This document shows positions 48,081 to 59,338 of a stretch of 64,000 nucleotides of DNA, one piece after another; position 1 is the first letter of the stretch; the number at the start of each line of letters is the position of its first letter. The position numbers and the translations under genes are program-made. The stretch covers positions 1-64,000 of the forward strand of contig JBDRBB010000023.1 of the NCBI GenBank assembly GCA_043823065.1. Direction: 5' to 3'. Origin of the DNA: Pseudomonadota bacterium. GTDB taxonomy: Bacteria > UBA10199 > 2-02-FULL-44-16 > DYJF01. A model generated the notes under the pieces. The model searched no databases. It was not told the origin of the DNA and saw only the letters and a list, made by a program, of their open reading frames with translations.

Positions 48081-48551
48081 ATGACAAACACGAAATTAAA
48101 AGGGGGAAAGATGAAAAAATTTTATAAAAACGTAAAAGGTATGACCTTGATCGAAATTATGGTGGTGATCACCATCTTGGGTTTAATTGCCACAGTTGTA
48201 ACCGTAAATGTTTTAGATCGGTTGGATGAGGCCAAGGTTAGTACTGCCCAAACCCAGATGAAGGCTTTTGAAGATGCCCTGGCCCAATATCGTCGGGATA
48301 ATGGCGCCTATCCAAGCACAGAACAGGGTTTGCAATCTTTGTCTGAAAAGCCCAGTATGGGCAGAATTCCTAAGCGCTATCCTAAAAATGGTTACATAAA
48401 AAATATTCCAGAAGATCCTTGGGGGTGCGAATATAAATATTATAGCCCGGGAATTCAAGGTCATGAATATGAAATATATTCTTTAGGCGCAGATTGTCAG
48501 GAAGGTGGAGATGATACTGATGCTGATATCCCCAGTTTTGAAACTGAATAA
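48081..48551 (+). CDS. gspG: T2SS major pseudopilin
   Basis: G|MTLIE prepilin site, YPSTEQGL and DPWG. Start may be 48111. Confidence 0.93.
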   Translation: MTNTKLKGGKMKKFYKNVKGMTLIEIMVVITILGLIATVVTVNVLDRLDEAKVSTAQTQMKAFEDALAQYRRDNGAYPSTEQGLQSLSEKPSMGRIPKRYPKNGYIKNIPEDPWGCEYKYYSPGIQGHEYEIYSLGADCQEGGDDTDADIPSFETE

Positions 48552-48616
48552 GCTGAACAGTAGATCAAATTGATTATATTGAGGCGCGGTTAGTAATACT
48601 ATCCGCGCCTATTATT

Positions 48617-49381
48617 ATGATTTTTATGTTAAAGTTTTTATATATCATCGCGAGCTCTCGAAGAGAGCGTGGCGATCCCGAAGGGCGCTCGGGATTGCTT
48701 CGTCGTTTAACTCCTCGCAATAACAACCGAGGTTTCACTTTATTCGAGCTTATCGTGACCATCACGATAGTAGCCCTAATGATTGGGCTAGTGGTTGGTC
48801 GGGTTGGTAATTTTTTGGAAACAGATATGAAAAAAAGTTCAGCTAAAATGGCTGCTACAATGCGTTATTTATATAATAAATCTATTACTGAAGGTTTGTA
48901 TCTGCGTTTGGTTCTAGATCTAGGCGAGCAAACTTATTGGGTAGAGGCAACCAGAGATCCTTTTTTAATGACTAACCCAAATGCAGAAACAGATATAAAG
49001 GTGAAGAAGCAGGAGGAAGAGGAAGAGGAAGATAAAGATAAAGATAAAGATAAAGAAGGAGAAGAAGCGCCTGTAGAAGAGGGTGAGTCTAAGTTGCCCG
49101 CAATTAAATTTAAAGAAGCCACATTTTCTCAAGTGGATTCCTATCTTTTAAGACCAACTAAACTTCCAGATGGTATTTTTTTCAAGGATGTCATGAGCGA
49201 GCATCAACCTACGCCAGTTGAAGGAGGAAAAGCTGGTATTCATTTTTTCCCCAATGGCTATGTTGAGCATGCTATCATTAATTTAAAAGATGAGGATGAT
49301 GAAATAAACTATTCTTTAGAGACAAACCCGATTACCGGAACAGTCAAGGTACTTAATGAATATAAAGCAATGGAAAAATAA
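48617..49381 (+). CDS. gspH: Minor pseudopilin (GspH-like)
   Basis: G|FTLFE prepilin site, FFPNG, cluster position. Confidence 0.8.
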   Translation: MIFMLKFLYIIASSRRERGDPEGRSGLLRRLTPRNNNRGFTLFELIVTITIVALMIGLVVGRVGNFLETDMKKSSAKMAATMRYLYNKSITEGLYLRLVLDLGEQTYWVEATRDPFLMTNPNAETDIKVKKQEEEEEEDKDKDKDKEGEEAPVEEGESKLPAIKFKEATFSQVDSYLLRPTKLPDGIFFKDVMSEHQPTPVEGGKAGIHFFPNGYVEHAIINLKDEDDEINYSLETNPITGTVKVLNEYKAMEK

Positions 49382-49829
49382 CAAAGGTTTTACTCTCTTG
49401 GAAATCATGGTTTCTGTGGCAATTTTGGCAGTTTCCTTAACCGCGATTCTGCGTTTTCACGGCGATACTTTAATGACTTCAGCCCGGGCTGAAAAAATGA
49501 CTATTGCTGCTATGTTGGCTCAGGCCAAAATGACTGAGCTTGAGGTGGCAATAGATAAAGATCTTAAAAAAGGCGAGTTCCCAGAAGAGAAAAAAGAAGA
49601 AGATACTTTTGACGCCCCTTATGAAGAATATAAGTGGCGCATGACCATTAAGCGGGTTACTTTGCCTTCACCCATTCAAGGCGAAGAAGGTTCGCCACAA
49701 AGCATGATTGGCAGGCAATTAACCGAACAAATAGCCCAAATGGTTAGAGAAGTTAAGTTGGAAATTATTTGGGATGAATTAGGCGAAGAACAATCCATAG
49801 ATGTGATTACGCATATTGTAAATTTATGA
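49356..49829 (+). CDS. gspI: Minor pseudopilin (GspI-like)
   Basis: G|FTLLE prepilin site, cluster position. Confidence 0.8.
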   Translation: MNIKQWKNNKGFTLLEIMVSVAILAVSLTAILRFHGDTLMTSARAEKMTIAAMLAQAKMTELEVAIDKDLKKGEFPEEKKEEDTFDAPYEEYKWRMTIKRVTLPSPIQGEEGSPQSMIGRQLTEQIAQMVREVKLEIIWDELGEEQSIDVITHIVNL

Positions 49830-50503
49830 TAGCACAAAAAGGTTTTACACTTTTAGAAGTCATGGTCTCCATTGCCATTGTGGCCATGATTATGCTTTTG
49901 GTTTGGTCTTCCACTAACCAGACTTTGGATTCCAAAGAACGAGTTGAATATCGAGATGCTATCTATCAAAACGGACGAATAGCTTTTCAAAAAATGACTG
50001 ATGATTTGGCCATGGCTTTTTTGATCAAGCAGCCACCGGTGAGGACCGGGATCAATCCCAGGCCAACCACTTTTTTTATTGGCGAAGATGAAGGAAATCG
50101 CGATAAATTAAGATTCACCAGTTTTTCCCATATGCGTTTTTTTAAAGGTGCCAAAGAATCTGATCAATGCAAAATTGCCTACGAAGTAATGCCAGATCCT
50201 GAAGACTATAATGTATTTAATTTGGTGCGTCGTGAGCAGGCGTATTTAGATGCAGAAACCACTCTAGAGACTAAACCATATATTGTTGCGGAAAATATCG
50301 AAGATTTTGAATTAGAATATTATGATTATCGCAAAGATGAATGGGTAAAGTCTTGGGACAGCGAAAATATTGATTATGCCGGCAAAATACCGCGAGCAGT
50401 GCGAATGCTTCTTAGTTTTCCAGATCCAGATGAAGAGGGCAAGACCATCGATCTGAGTAGCGCTGTTTTTTTACCCATGTCTTATGAACAGATTGATTTT
50501 TAA
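49826..50503 (+). CDS. gspJ: Minor pseudopilin (GspJ-like)
   Basis: G|FTLLE prepilin site, W...W...P.AV C-terminus. Confidence 0.82.
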   Translation: MIAQKGFTLLEVMVSIAIVAMIMLLVWSSTNQTLDSKERVEYRDAIYQNGRIAFQKMTDDLAMAFLIKQPPVRTGINPRPTTFFIGEDEGNRDKLRFTSFSHMRFFKGAKESDQCKIAYEVMPDPEDYNVFNLVRREQAYLDAETTLETKPYIVAENIEDFELEYYDYRKDEWVKSWDSENIDYAGKIPRAVRMLLSFPDPDEEGKTIDLSSAVFLPMSYEQIDF

Positions 50504-50506
50504 TTT

Positions 50507-51751
50507 ATGAAATTATTAAAGCGTTTAAAATCCCAAACTGGAATAGCTTTAATTTTGGTGCTTAGTTCGATAACTATCCTAACCACCATGGCTGTGGAGT
50601 TTGCCTATAATGCTAATGTTAATTATCATTTGGCGCGCAATGAAGTAGATAGGCTTAAGGCCATATATTTGGCTAAATCTGCTTACAATTTTATGCGAGT
50701 AGAACTTAAATTTGATCGGGTGTTTCGCCAGATTGTGCAGAGCCAGAATCTTGGCCAATTTTTAGGGGCTAATGCTTCTTTGCCTTTATGCCAACAGTTT
50801 CCGCTTTCCACAGGTCTGATTCGAGCGGTATTTATGGGTGGTGAGGGAAATGATGTTTTGCCAGATGAGCTCAAAGGTATGGTGTCTATGGCTGCTCAAA
50901 CCGAGGCCCAAGAGTTCTTGGATTTTGAAGGTGATTTTGACGCAGTATGTGTGGATGAATCAGTTAAAATTAATTTGAATGGATTTTATGGACTTGATCC
51001 AGCCCAAAAAGTTGCGGAAGGCTATAATGCTTATGATAAATTAAAAATTGATTTAGCCAAATTTTTGGCTAGAAAACAATATGCACATTTATTTGAGGAT
51101 GCTGGGATTAAAACCGGTGACGTGGTACGCAATATTGCCGATTGGATTGATAGCAATGAGATGATCAATGAAATTGGCGGAGCAGAAGCTGGACCAGAAA
51201 TGATGTTATATGAAAGACAGCAGACAAACTATCCGATTAAAAATTCAAAATTCAGCACCTTGGACGAGGCATTTTTGGTGGCAGGGGTGGTTGACGAATG
51301 GTTTGCTCCAATCAAAAAGTTTTTTACGATTTATGGAGATGGAGCGGTTAATGTTTGTAATGCTGAAGAAATAGTGGTGCATGAAGTTATTAGACGCTAT
51401 GTGGAAGACAATCCAGATCTACCCCCAATAAAATTGGATGATCCAGAGACCATGGAAAAATTAGTAACTGCTGTTTATGATGGGTGTGCTATGGGTGGTA
51501 TTGGTGATCAACAAAAACAACAGATTGCCTCTAGTTTAAATGCAGCCTTGGGCGCTTTGGGAGAAACTGAACAGTCAGAGCAAACAGCGGGCACTTCAGG
51601 TTTTGCCAATTTAATTTCCACAGAACCAAGATTTTTTTCCTTAACATTGACTGGCGTTGTAGGTGATGTAAGCGTGGTTATTGATGCAGTGTTGGATGTT
51701 AAAGACGCTAATCCTAAACGTTGGAACTTGTTGTATTGGAGAATGTATTAA
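50507..51751 (+). CDS. gspK: Minor pseudopilin K
   Basis: G|IALILVL, DE..KINLN, DWID and VNV.NA motifs. Confidence 0.88.
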   Translation: MKLLKRLKSQTGIALILVLSSITILTTMAVEFAYNANVNYHLARNEVDRLKAIYLAKSAYNFMRVELKFDRVFRQIVQSQNLGQFLGANASLPLCQQFPLSTGLIRAVFMGGEGNDVLPDELKGMVSMAAQTEAQEFLDFEGDFDAVCVDESVKINLNGFYGLDPAQKVAEGYNAYDKLKIDLAKFLARKQYAHLFEDAGIKTGDVVRNIADWIDSNEMINEIGGAEAGPEMMLYERQQTNYPIKNSKFSTLDEAFLVAGVVDEWFAPIKKFFTIYGDGAVNVCNAEEIVVHEVIRRYVEDNPDLPPIKLDDPETMEKLVTAVYDGCAMGGIGDQQKQQIASSLNAALGALGETEQSEQTAGTSGFANLISTEPRFFSLTLTGVVGDVSVVIDAVLDVKDANPKRWNLLYWRMY

Positions 51752-51878
51752 GAGCTGTCGTTAGTTATTAGTACATCGTACTTCGTAGATTAAGTAATTG
51801 CCTTAGAATATACTAACATGTTAATATAATAAGGTTTTTACGAAGTACGAACAACAAAGTACGAACGACGGATTTTAT

Positions 51879-53504
51879 ATGCCGCAAAAAGTTTTAGGAA
51901 TAGATATAGGAAGTTATTCAGTCAAAGTTGCCGAGCTGGCACGCAGCTTTCGATCATTTGAGTTTGTCGGTTTTTATGAAAAAAGAGTGGTTGAAAATGA
52001 ACTTTTAAGCAAAGAAGAGTCGATTGCTTTGGCCCTGCAGAGTTTAATTGACGACCATAATTTACAGTGGGAAACAGCTTGTTGCGGTTTTCCCACTCAG
52101 ATGGTTTCTTCCAGGGTTTTAACCTTTCCTTTTGGTAATCGCAAAAAAATTGAGCAGGCCTTGGGTTTTGAAATCGAGACCTATATTCCCTTTGATATTA
52201 ACGATGTTGTATTTGATCATGCAATTTTAAGTAGTGGCAAGGACTCTTCCCAGGTTATGGGAATTTATACTCCTAAAAAAGAGGTGGCCAAGATTTTATC
52301 CATGCTAGATGGAGTTGGAATAGATCCTCAGCATCTTTGTGTGGAAGGCGTGGAAATGGTGAATTTGGTTAATTTGGGGATGGTTCCACCAGAGGGTGGT
52401 TTTACAATTATTGATATTGGCCATGAAAAAACTACGATTACAATTTTCCATGGTAAAAAACTAGGTTATGTTAGATCAGTTTCTGTGGCAGGAAAGGCTA
52501 TTACAGAGGCCATAGCCAAAAAACTTGAAGTTCCCTATGCTGAAGCAGAGAGATATAAAATTGAAATTGGACAATTAAATTTAATGGACGGTGAAGTTGT
52601 TGACGACCTTACCAGAGATGTCAATGCAGCAATTAAACAGGTTATACAAGATCTGATGTTGCATGTGCGTCAAACTCTTTTTTCCTATCGGGAAACCGAA
52701 GGGGTTCCGGTTGAGGGTATTTATTTGTGTGGCGGAACATCCCGCTTAATAGGTTTGGATAACTATATTTCGGATTTCCTGAAGCAAAATGTAACGTTTT
52801 TAAATTGTGCTGATTTTCATTTTACAAAACTGGAGCGAGCTGAAGCTCATCGCCATGTCATTCCCCAGGCCTTGGCACTGGCTTTGCGAGAAGTGGCTGG
52901 CCCTGGCTTGCCAGATGTTAATTTCCGTCTGGGTGAGTTTGCCTTTACTGGAAATGTAGAACAATTAGGCGGAGGATTAAGAAAATTTGCGATAATCGGC
53001 GGCATAATTGTTTTTCTGGCCCTGCTTAATTTTACTTTAAAATATTATACGTTAAAACAACAGTTGGATAAGATACAGGATAATGGGGCAGAGTTGGTCA
53101 TGCAAGCTATACCTAACACGCCAAAGAAGACTATTTCCACAACCACGGCTGCGCTTTCCTTGCTAAAAGGAAAGAGGGCTGAAATTAACGAAAGAATTAA
53201 TGTGCTTGCTGGCGCTATGGGTGTTTCTCCTTTGGATATTTTAAAAAAGATATCTGAGCTGATGCCTGCGAAGGATGAAATTACAATTGATGTTAAGGAT
53301 ATGAATATTGCCCAGGATAGAGTGACTTTATCTGGAGAGACTAATTCTTTTGAAAATGTGGATAAAATTAAATTAGAAATGGAAAGATCTAAAAGATTTA
53401 AAAATGTTTCCACAGGAAATGTGAGAAAAGGCACCAAAGGAGAGATCAAATTTGATCTCTCCATGGAAATTGAAGAAGAAGGCGAGGGATCTGATGGATC
53501 TTAA
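51879..53504 (+). CDS. gspL: T2SS protein L (PilM-like actin fold plus TM/periplasmic part)
   Basis: GIDIGSYSVK, IDIGH and LCGGTS motifs, then a TM helix and a PilN-like domain. Confidence 0.82.
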   Translation: MPQKVLGIDIGSYSVKVAELARSFRSFEFVGFYEKRVVENELLSKEESIALALQSLIDDHNLQWETACCGFPTQMVSSRVLTFPFGNRKKIEQALGFEIETYIPFDINDVVFDHAILSSGKDSSQVMGIYTPKKEVAKILSMLDGVGIDPQHLCVEGVEMVNLVNLGMVPPEGGFTIIDIGHEKTTITIFHGKKLGYVRSVSVAGKAITEAIAKKLEVPYAEAERYKIEIGQLNLMDGEVVDDLTRDVNAAIKQVIQDLMLHVRQTLFSYRETEGVPVEGIYLCGGTSRLIGLDNYISDFLKQNVTFLNCADFHFTKLERAEAHRHVIPQALALALREVAGPGLPDVNFRLGEFAFTGNVEQLGGGLRKFAIIGGIIVFLALLNFTLKYYTLKQQLDKIQDNGAELVMQAIPNTPKKTISTTTAALSLLKGKRAEINERINVLAGAMGVSPLDILKKISELMPAKDEITIDVKDMNIAQDRVTLSGETNSFENVDKIKLEMERSKRFKNVSTGNVRKGTKGEIKFDLSMEIEEEGEGSDGS

Positions 53505-54078
53505 GCTGGGAAATATAAATTTAGAACGGCTGAAATTTCAGAATTTATATAATACGTATTTAGGTTTGACCTCAAGAGAACAGACCATTGCTTTAATTGC
53601 CACCGCTGCAGTTATTCTGCTGATAATACTTTTACCAGTAACAGTTGCGTCTAAAAAAATATCTAATTTGGAAAAATCCATAGAACAGGCCAATGACAGA
53701 CTTAAAGATATTACCTATGAAATTGGGCAGTTAAATGAGATCAAGGCCCAGTTAGCGCAGGAAGAGACCAAGTTGGCTGGTGGTTTTGACGCCTCAATTT
53801 CCACGACCTTAGAAAATTTGGCCAACAAAAGCGGAATTAGTGAACGCATTGATTCACTCAAAGAAAAAGCTGTCACTCCTTCGGATTTGTTTGATGAAGC
53901 ATCAGTTGATGTGCGCTTAAAAAAGGTTACTTTGCCAGAGTTGATTGATTACTTATATGCAATTGAGCATAACACAGATAAACTTTTGCGTCTGAAGAGA
54001 TTAGAAATTAAGCCGCGTTATGATAACCCTAAAGAGTTTGATGTCTCTTTTCAAGTTTCAACATATAGAATGTTATAA
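53494..54078 (+). CDS. gspM: T2SS protein M
   Basis: L..RE before the TM helix, coiled coil, cluster position. Confidence 0.75.
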   Translation: MDLKLGNINLERLKFQNLYNTYLGLTSREQTIALIATAAVILLIILLPVTVASKKISNLEKSIEQANDRLKDITYEIGQLNEIKAQLAQEETKLAGGFDASISTTLENLANKSGISERIDSLKEKAVTPSDLFDEASVDVRLKKVTLPELIDYLYAIEHNTDKLLRLKRLEIKPRYDNPKEFDVSFQVSTYRML

Positions 54079-54080
54079 AT

Positions 54081-54992
54081 ATGCCAAAACTTTTTAAATA
54101 CATAGGCTATTTGATTATATTCGTAGTTACTTTTATTATCTTTCTCTACTGGTTGTTCCCTTATAACGTGCTTAAAGAAAGGGTGGCTGCGGCTATTGAG
54201 GAGCCTTTTGGGGGCGCGGTGGAAGTTTCAATTGGTGAAATTGAACCTTATTATTTTACAGGAGTTGATATTTCCAATCTAGCAATTGCTTCGCGTACAG
54301 AGCAAGAATTGTTGCAAATGATTAAGCTGGATCGCGTACGTGGAAGGGCTAAGTTGTTTTCTCTGCTTTTTGGTAAACCAGATTTTTCTTTTTACATTAA
54401 AGCTGGAAAGGGTGAAATTTCAGGAAGCGTGGATCAGCTGGAAGATGGTTTTGATTTGGAAGTGGATTTTGATGAGTTTGATGTTTCCCATATCAAATGG
54501 CTGCCAGCTAATTTGGGTTTGCAATTGTCTGGTCAAATAGATGGGGGAGTAGATTTAAGAGTTGATCGGTTGCGTCCGGCGCGCACAGAAGGCAGCATAG
54601 ATATTTCATTTATTAATCTAAAGTTGGCAGATTCAATATTGAAGATAGCTGGCGGTGGTTTTGAAATGCCAAGCCTGGTCTTAACTGAAAAAAGGGGTTC
54701 CAGATTGAAGTTGCAGATAAGTAAAGGTACGGCGCTGATTGATATGTTTAAGTTTGAAGGTGGAGATCTGGAATTAGATATGAAAGGCAAGGCTTTTTTA
54801 GGCAATTCATTAGATAATTTACGTTTGAATATTTCTGGATCTTTTAAGGTTTCTGAAAAATTGGCCAAAGAATTGCCGTTTTTATTTATTGTGCAAAAAC
54901 AAAAACAACAAGATGGAAGCTATCCTTTGTCAGTTTCAGGCCGCATAAACTCGCCTGCCATCAAGATAGGCACTTTTACTGTTCCTCTTTAA
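54081..54992 (+). CDS. gspN: T2SS protein N
   Basis: N-terminal TM helix followed by FPY, beta-rich body, last gene of the cluster. Confidence 0.75.
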   Translation: MPKLFKYIGYLIIFVVTFIIFLYWLFPYNVLKERVAAAIEEPFGGAVEVSIGEIEPYYFTGVDISNLAIASRTEQELLQMIKLDRVRGRAKLFSLLFGKPDFSFYIKAGKGEISGSVDQLEDGFDLEVDFDEFDVSHIKWLPANLGLQLSGQIDGGVDLRVDRLRPARTEGSIDISFINLKLADSILKIAGGGFEMPSLVLTEKRGSRLKLQISKGTALIDMFKFEGGDLELDMKGKAFLGNSLDNLRLNISGSFKVSEKLAKELPFLFIVQKQKQQDGSYPLSVSGRINSPAIKIGTFTVPL

Positions 54993-55281
54993 TCTGATAA
55001 ACTATTTCCCCTGATTTGATAAAACCTAATTCCTGGCGAATGACCAACTCTAGATTTTTAGGATCATGCAGCAGCTTTTTTTCATTTTCTAAATTTTCAA
55101 GATCTTTTTGTAAGTCTGTCTTTTTTTGAATTAAATCATTTTTTAGATAAACCAATTTATTTAATTGCAACACGCCCTGTTCGCCTAAAAGCAGAAAAGA
55201 AAAAAAAATGCCAACGGCCAGAATTATACAAATGCGCAAGGGCGTAAAAATGCTTAAAATTGTTTTAAGCAAACGTTTCAT
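54976..55281 (-). CDS. Septum formation initiator (FtsB/DivIC family)
   Basis: TM helix, GEQG, coiled coil, R.ELG.IK.GE motif. Confidence 0.85.
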   Translation of the reverse strand: MKRLLKTILSIFTPLRICIILAVGIFFSFLLLGEQGVLQLNKLVYLKNDLIQKKTDLQKDLENLENEKKLLHDPKNLELVIRQELGFIKSGEIVYQIKEEQ

Positions 55282-56303
55282 TTAAAAAACTCTGGTTGTA
55301 AATTCTGGGTTGGTTTTAAGCCGAAATGTGAATAAGCCAAAGGCGTGGCTACTCTGCCCCGCTGAGTACGATTAATAAAACCACATTGAATTAAATATGG
55401 CTCATAAACATCTTCTATGGTTTCTTTTTCTTCGTTAATTGCCGAAGAAATGGTATCCACACCTACTGGGCCGCCTTGGAATTTCTCAATGATGGTCAAA
55501 AGAATTTTGCGATCCATTTGTTCAAAGCCTCTTTCATCAACATCCAGTAATTGCAGGGCCTGGCGCGCTATTTCATTGTCTATTTTACCGTTACCCTTAA
55601 CTTGGGCAAAATCACGAACACGGCGCAAAATGCGGTTGGTAATGCGGGGTGTGCCCCGAGAACGTTTCGCAATTTCCAATGCTGCTTCAAAAGTTATAGG
55701 AATATTCATGAGTTTGGCTGAACGTTCAATAATTTTTTGTAAATCACTTGGCTCATAATAATCCAAATGAGCAGCAACGCCAAAGCGGTCGCGCAATGGA
55801 GAAGTGAGCAGTCCTGCTCTAGTAGTAGCCCCGATGAGAGTGAATTTTGGCAAGTCCAATTTAATGGTTTTAGCTGAAGGTCCCTGGCCTATGATAATAT
55901 CCAGTTTAAAATCTTCCATGGCAGGATAGAGCACTTCTTCTATGACGCGGTTTAAGCGATGAATCTCGTCAATAAAGAGCACATCATGATCATTTAAGTT
56001 AGTTAAGATAGCAGCTAGATCGCCTTGGCGTTCTAAAGCTGGACCTGAGGTAGAAGTTAGACCTACACCTAATTCATTGGCAATAATACAAGCTAGGGTG
56101 GTTTTACCCAAACCTGGAGGCCCGGAAAACAAGACATGATCTAAATGTTCTTGGCGCTGCTTGGCAGCTTGAATAAAGATTTTAAGCCGATCTTTAATTT
56201 TGGGTTGAGCTATAAACTCAGAGAGTTTTTGCGGACGCAAATTTGCTTCAACTTGTTTTTCCTCGCCATTTTCTGGAAACGGACCTAAAAAACGTTCACT
56301 CAT
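55278..56303 (-). CDS. ruvB: Holliday junction branch-migration helicase
   Basis: [22 protein letters not shown] and SRGTPR motifs. Confidence 0.98.
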   Translation of the reverse strand: MSERFLGPFPENGEEKQVEANLRPQKLSEFIAQPKIKDRLKIFIQAAKQRQEHLDHVLFSGPPGLGKTTLACIIANELGVGLTSTSGPALERQGDLAAILTNLNDHDVLFIDEIHRLNRVIEEVLYPAMEDFKLDIIIGQGPSAKTIKLDLPKFTLIGATTRAGLLTSPLRDRFGVAAHLDYYEPSDLQKIIERSAKLMNIPITFEAALEIAKRSRGTPRITNRILRRVRDFAQVKGNGKIDNEIARQALQLLDVDERGFEQMDRKILLTIIEKFQGGPVGVDTISSAINEEKETIEDVYEPYLIQCGFINRTQRGRVATPLAYSHFGLKPTQNLQPEFFK

Positions 56304-56896
56304 TTCTTGGCAATCTCCTTTAAAGTTTGTCGCAAAGCTTTTTCAAGTGGTGTGTTTTCATCCCAGGCGCATTTTTGAAATGCTTCTTCAGCTAATGAAC
56401 GTTGATAGCCCAAATTTGTCAAGGCAGATACCACGTCTTCAAATAAACGGTTACTAATAGATGTGCTTGTGGGAAGAGCGGTGTGGACTGAATATTTTTT
56501 CAATTTATCTTGCAGCTCAATTACAATTCGTTCAGATGTTTTCTTGCCCACGCCAGGAATGGCCTGCAGCACTTTAAGATCTTTAGTGATAATAGCGCGC
56601 ACCAAATCTTGAGGTGATACTCCAGAAAGAATGGTTAGCGCCATTTTTGGGCCCACTCCGGAAATAGAAATTACTTTTTGAAAAATTTCTTTTTCTTCAG
56701 AGGTCATAAAACCAAAGAGAGTGAGCTGGTCTTCTCTTAAGTGAGTATGAGTATAAATTGTAATGTCTTGTCCAATTTCAGGTAAGGTAGAAAAAGTGTG
56801 AAATGAAACAAAGACCCTGTAGCCAACACCAGAAACATTAACAATAACGTGTTGAGGGTCTTTAAATGCTAGTTTTCCTGTTAGTTGAGCAATCAT
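56300..56896 (-). CDS. ruvA: Holliday junction binding protein
   Basis: [22 protein letters not shown] and PGVGKK motifs. Confidence 0.97.
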   Translation of the reverse strand: MIAQLTGKLAFKDPQHVIVNVSGVGYRVFVSFHTFSTLPEIGQDITIYTHTHLREDQLTLFGFMTSEEKEIFQKVISISGVGPKMALTILSGVSPQDLVRAIITKDLKVLQAIPGVGKKTSERIVIELQDKLKKYSVHTALPTSTSISNRLFEDVVSALTNLGYQRSLAEEAFQKCAWDENTPLEKALRQTLKEIAKK

Positions 56897-57371
56897 ACTT
56901 TTTCATCTTATACGAATGTAAGTGGCAGATTGCAACAGCCAATGCATCTGAGGCGTCTTCAGAAGCAATTTCTGGTAACTTAAGATAGGATTTAACCATT
57001 TGTTGAACCTGGTGTTTGCTGGCATTTCCGATGCCGACCACAGCTTGCTTGACCTGGGCAGGACTGTATTCAGCGATTTTTACCTGAGCACTCATGGCTG
57101 CTAGCATGGCAATGCCTCTGACGTGACCTAATTTCATGGAACTTCTGATATTTTTGGCTACAAAAATATCTTCCAGAGCTATTATTTCTGGCTTAAATTC
57201 ATTAAGACGATCTAGAATTTCTAAATAAATGTGGTGTAAACGCTCAGAAAAATCCAGTGTGGGCTTGGGGCGAATAACTCCGTTATCTATGTGCATAATT
57301 TTGGAGCCTTGTTCCTCAATGACTCCATAGCCAGTAATTAAACTCCCAGGGTCAATCCCAAAGGTTATCAT
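56862..57371 (-). CDS. ruvC: Crossover junction endodeoxyribonuclease
   Basis: GIDPG, VKQAVVG and DASDALAVA motifs. Confidence 0.97.
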   Translation of the reverse strand: MITFGIDPGSLITGYGVIEEQGSKIMHIDNGVIRPKPTLDFSERLHHIYLEILDRLNEFKPEIIALEDIFVAKNIRSSMKLGHVRGIAMLAAMSAQVKIAEYSPAQVKQAVVGIGNASKHQVQQMVKSYLKLPEIASEDASDALAVAICHLHSYKMKKYDCSTNRKTSI

Positions 57372-57384
57372 CTTAGCGCGGTTT

Positions 57385-58134
57385 TTATGAGGCTAGTTCC
57401 TCAATTAATTTTGAATCAATATCAAAGTTGGCGTAAACATTTTGAGTATCGTCATGATCTTCAAGCGCATCCATGAGTTTTAGCATTTTTTCAGCGCCAT
57501 TGCGATCTAGTTTAACCGTGGTTTGAGGAACCATTTGAACTGAAGCTTCAGTTGGTTTGATATTATTTTTTTCGATTGCTGTTTTTACTGCTTCAAAATT
57601 ATTAGGATCTGTAACTACTGAAATTAAATCTTCTTCATCTTTAATATCATCTGCGCCTGCTTCCAAAGCTATTTCCATGAGTTTTTCTTCATTAACATCT
57701 TTTTTACTAAAGGTAAGCACGCCTTGTTTATTAAACATCCAGGCTACGCAACCATTTTCACCTAAATTTCCACCCATTTTTGTGAATAAATGGCGCATTT
57801 CAGCAACAGTTCTATTGCGGTTATCTGTTAAGGTCTCTACCAGAACTGCCACGCCATTTGGACCATAGCCTTCAAAAGTTATTTCTTCGTAGGAAACGCC
57901 TTCAAGCTCACCCGTGCCCCGCTTAATTGCCCTTTGGACGTTGTCGTTCGGCATATTCGCTGCACGCGCATTGTCAAGTACTGTCCTAAGGCGGGGGTTG
58001 TTAGCGGGATCACCGCCCCCGAAACGTGCGGCAACTGTGATTTCTTTAATGAGTTTCGAAAAGAGTTTACCCCTTTTGGCATCTGCTGCTCCTTTTTTAT
58101 GTTTAATGGTTGCCCATTTTGAATGACCAGACAT
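57385..58134 (-). CDS. yebC: YebC/PmpR family protein
   Basis: [27 protein letters not shown] and LEDHDD motifs. Confidence 0.96.
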   Translation of the reverse strand: MSGHSKWATIKHKKGAADAKRGKLFSKLIKEITVAARFGGGDPANNPRLRTVLDNARAANMPNDNVQRAIKRGTGELEGVSYEEITFEGYGPNGVAVLVETLTDNRNRTVAEMRHLFTKMGGNLGENGCVAWMFNKQGVLTFSKKDVNEEKLMEIALEAGADDIKDEEDLISVVTDPNNFEAVKTAIEKNNIKPTEASVQMVPQTTVKLDRNGAEKMLKLMDALEDHDDTQNVYANFDIDSKLIEELAS

Positions 58135-58218
58135 AACAAATTCCTCCTATGCAATAAATATTAATCTCGCTTGAATTGGAGCTTACTAGCACAACTGAGC
58201 AAAAGAACACAAGAATAT

Positions 58219-59280
58219 TTAACTGCTTAAATAAGTGTTCAACTCGTGGACATCCAGGCAATGTTTCATAGCCTCTGCTTGCTCAATTATGCCACTTTTA
58301 ACCAGCTTGGCCAAGGATTGGTCCATGGTAACCATGTGGGTGGATTGCTGATTCATCTGTATTTCAGCCATAATTTGATGGATTTTGCCTTCTCTAATTA
58401 AATTGCGAATGCCGCTTGTTGGTAACATTAGTTCCACAGCCAGAGCACGGCCACGATTAATCTTGGGCAGGAGCTGCTGACTGATAACTCCTTCTAAAAT
58501 AAAGGAAAGTTGAGTGCGGATTTGGTCTTGTTGATGGGGTGGAAAGACATCTATAACTCTATTAATAGTTTGAACTGCATTATTGGTGTGTAAGGTGGCA
58601 AAGACCAGATGGCCAGTTTCAGCAATAGTAATAGCGCTTTTGATAGTTTCCAGGTCGCGCATTTCTCCGATCAGGACATGATCTGGATCCTGGCGTAAGA
58701 TGTATTTAAGGGCTTTTACAAAACTATGGGTATCTGAGTTGATTTCTCTTTGGTTAATCGTGCATTTTTTCTGTTGGAATACATATTCCACAGGGTCTTC
58801 CACGGTAATTATGTGTTCGCTCCTGGTTTTATTGATCAATTCCAATAAAGAGGCAATAGTTGTGGATTTTCCGCTGCCGGTTTGGCCAGTGACCAGAATT
58901 AAGCCCCTGGGCTTGTTGATAAGATTAATAACAGTTGGCGGTAGTCCTAAGGTTTCAGGAGTGGGAATTTCATAGGGGATAGCCCGAAAAGCCCCAACCA
59001 TCTGGCCCATAGACCAAAAAATGTTGCCTCTAATGCGGGTAGAGCCTTCAACATCAAAAGATAGATCTAGTTCTCTTTCGCTTTCCAAGTGGGCAATTTG
59101 ATCTGGGCTTAGGTACTCAGTACACAAGGTTTGAGCTTCTTTAGGATTTAGGGCCTGGTCAGAAGCTGCTTGCAATACACCATCCACCCGGATTTGGGGC
59201 GGAATTCCAATGCTAATATGCAAATCAGAGCCTTTAAGTTCAACCATCTGTTTGATAAGATTTTTTAGGGTATGTGTCAT
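58219..59280 (-). CDS. pilT: Type IV pilus retraction ATPase (PilT family)
   Basis: SDLH, GQTGSGKSTT, EDPVE, LRQDPD and GIRNLIRE motifs. Start taken at ATG 59280. Confidence 0.9.
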   Translation of the reverse strand: MTHTLKNLIKQMVELKGSDLHISIGIPPQIRVDGVLQAASDQALNPKEAQTLCTEYLSPDQIAHLESERELDLSFDVEGSTRIRGNIFWSMGQMVGAFRAIPYEIPTPETLGLPPTVINLINKPRGLILVTGQTGSGKSTTIASLLELINKTRSEHIITVEDPVEYVFQQKKCTINQREINSDTHSFVKALKYILRQDPDHVLIGEMRDLETIKSAITIAETGHLVFATLHTNNAVQTINRVIDVFPPHQQDQIRTQLSFILEGVISQQLLPKINRGRALAVELMLPTSGIRNLIREGKIHQIMAEIQMNQQSTHMVTMDQSLAKLVKSGIIEQAEAMKHCLDVHELNTYLSS

Positions 59281-59338
59281 AATAAAAGCATAATACCTTA
59301 TTCTTGGGCTTGTGATCAAGCTAGATATTTGCTAGCAA

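Noticed and set aside
49010..49060. GATAAA and GAG/GAA microrepeats in gspH as a phase-variation tract
   Set aside because: Unit lengths are multiples of three and encode an acidic linker, so slippage would not shift the frame.
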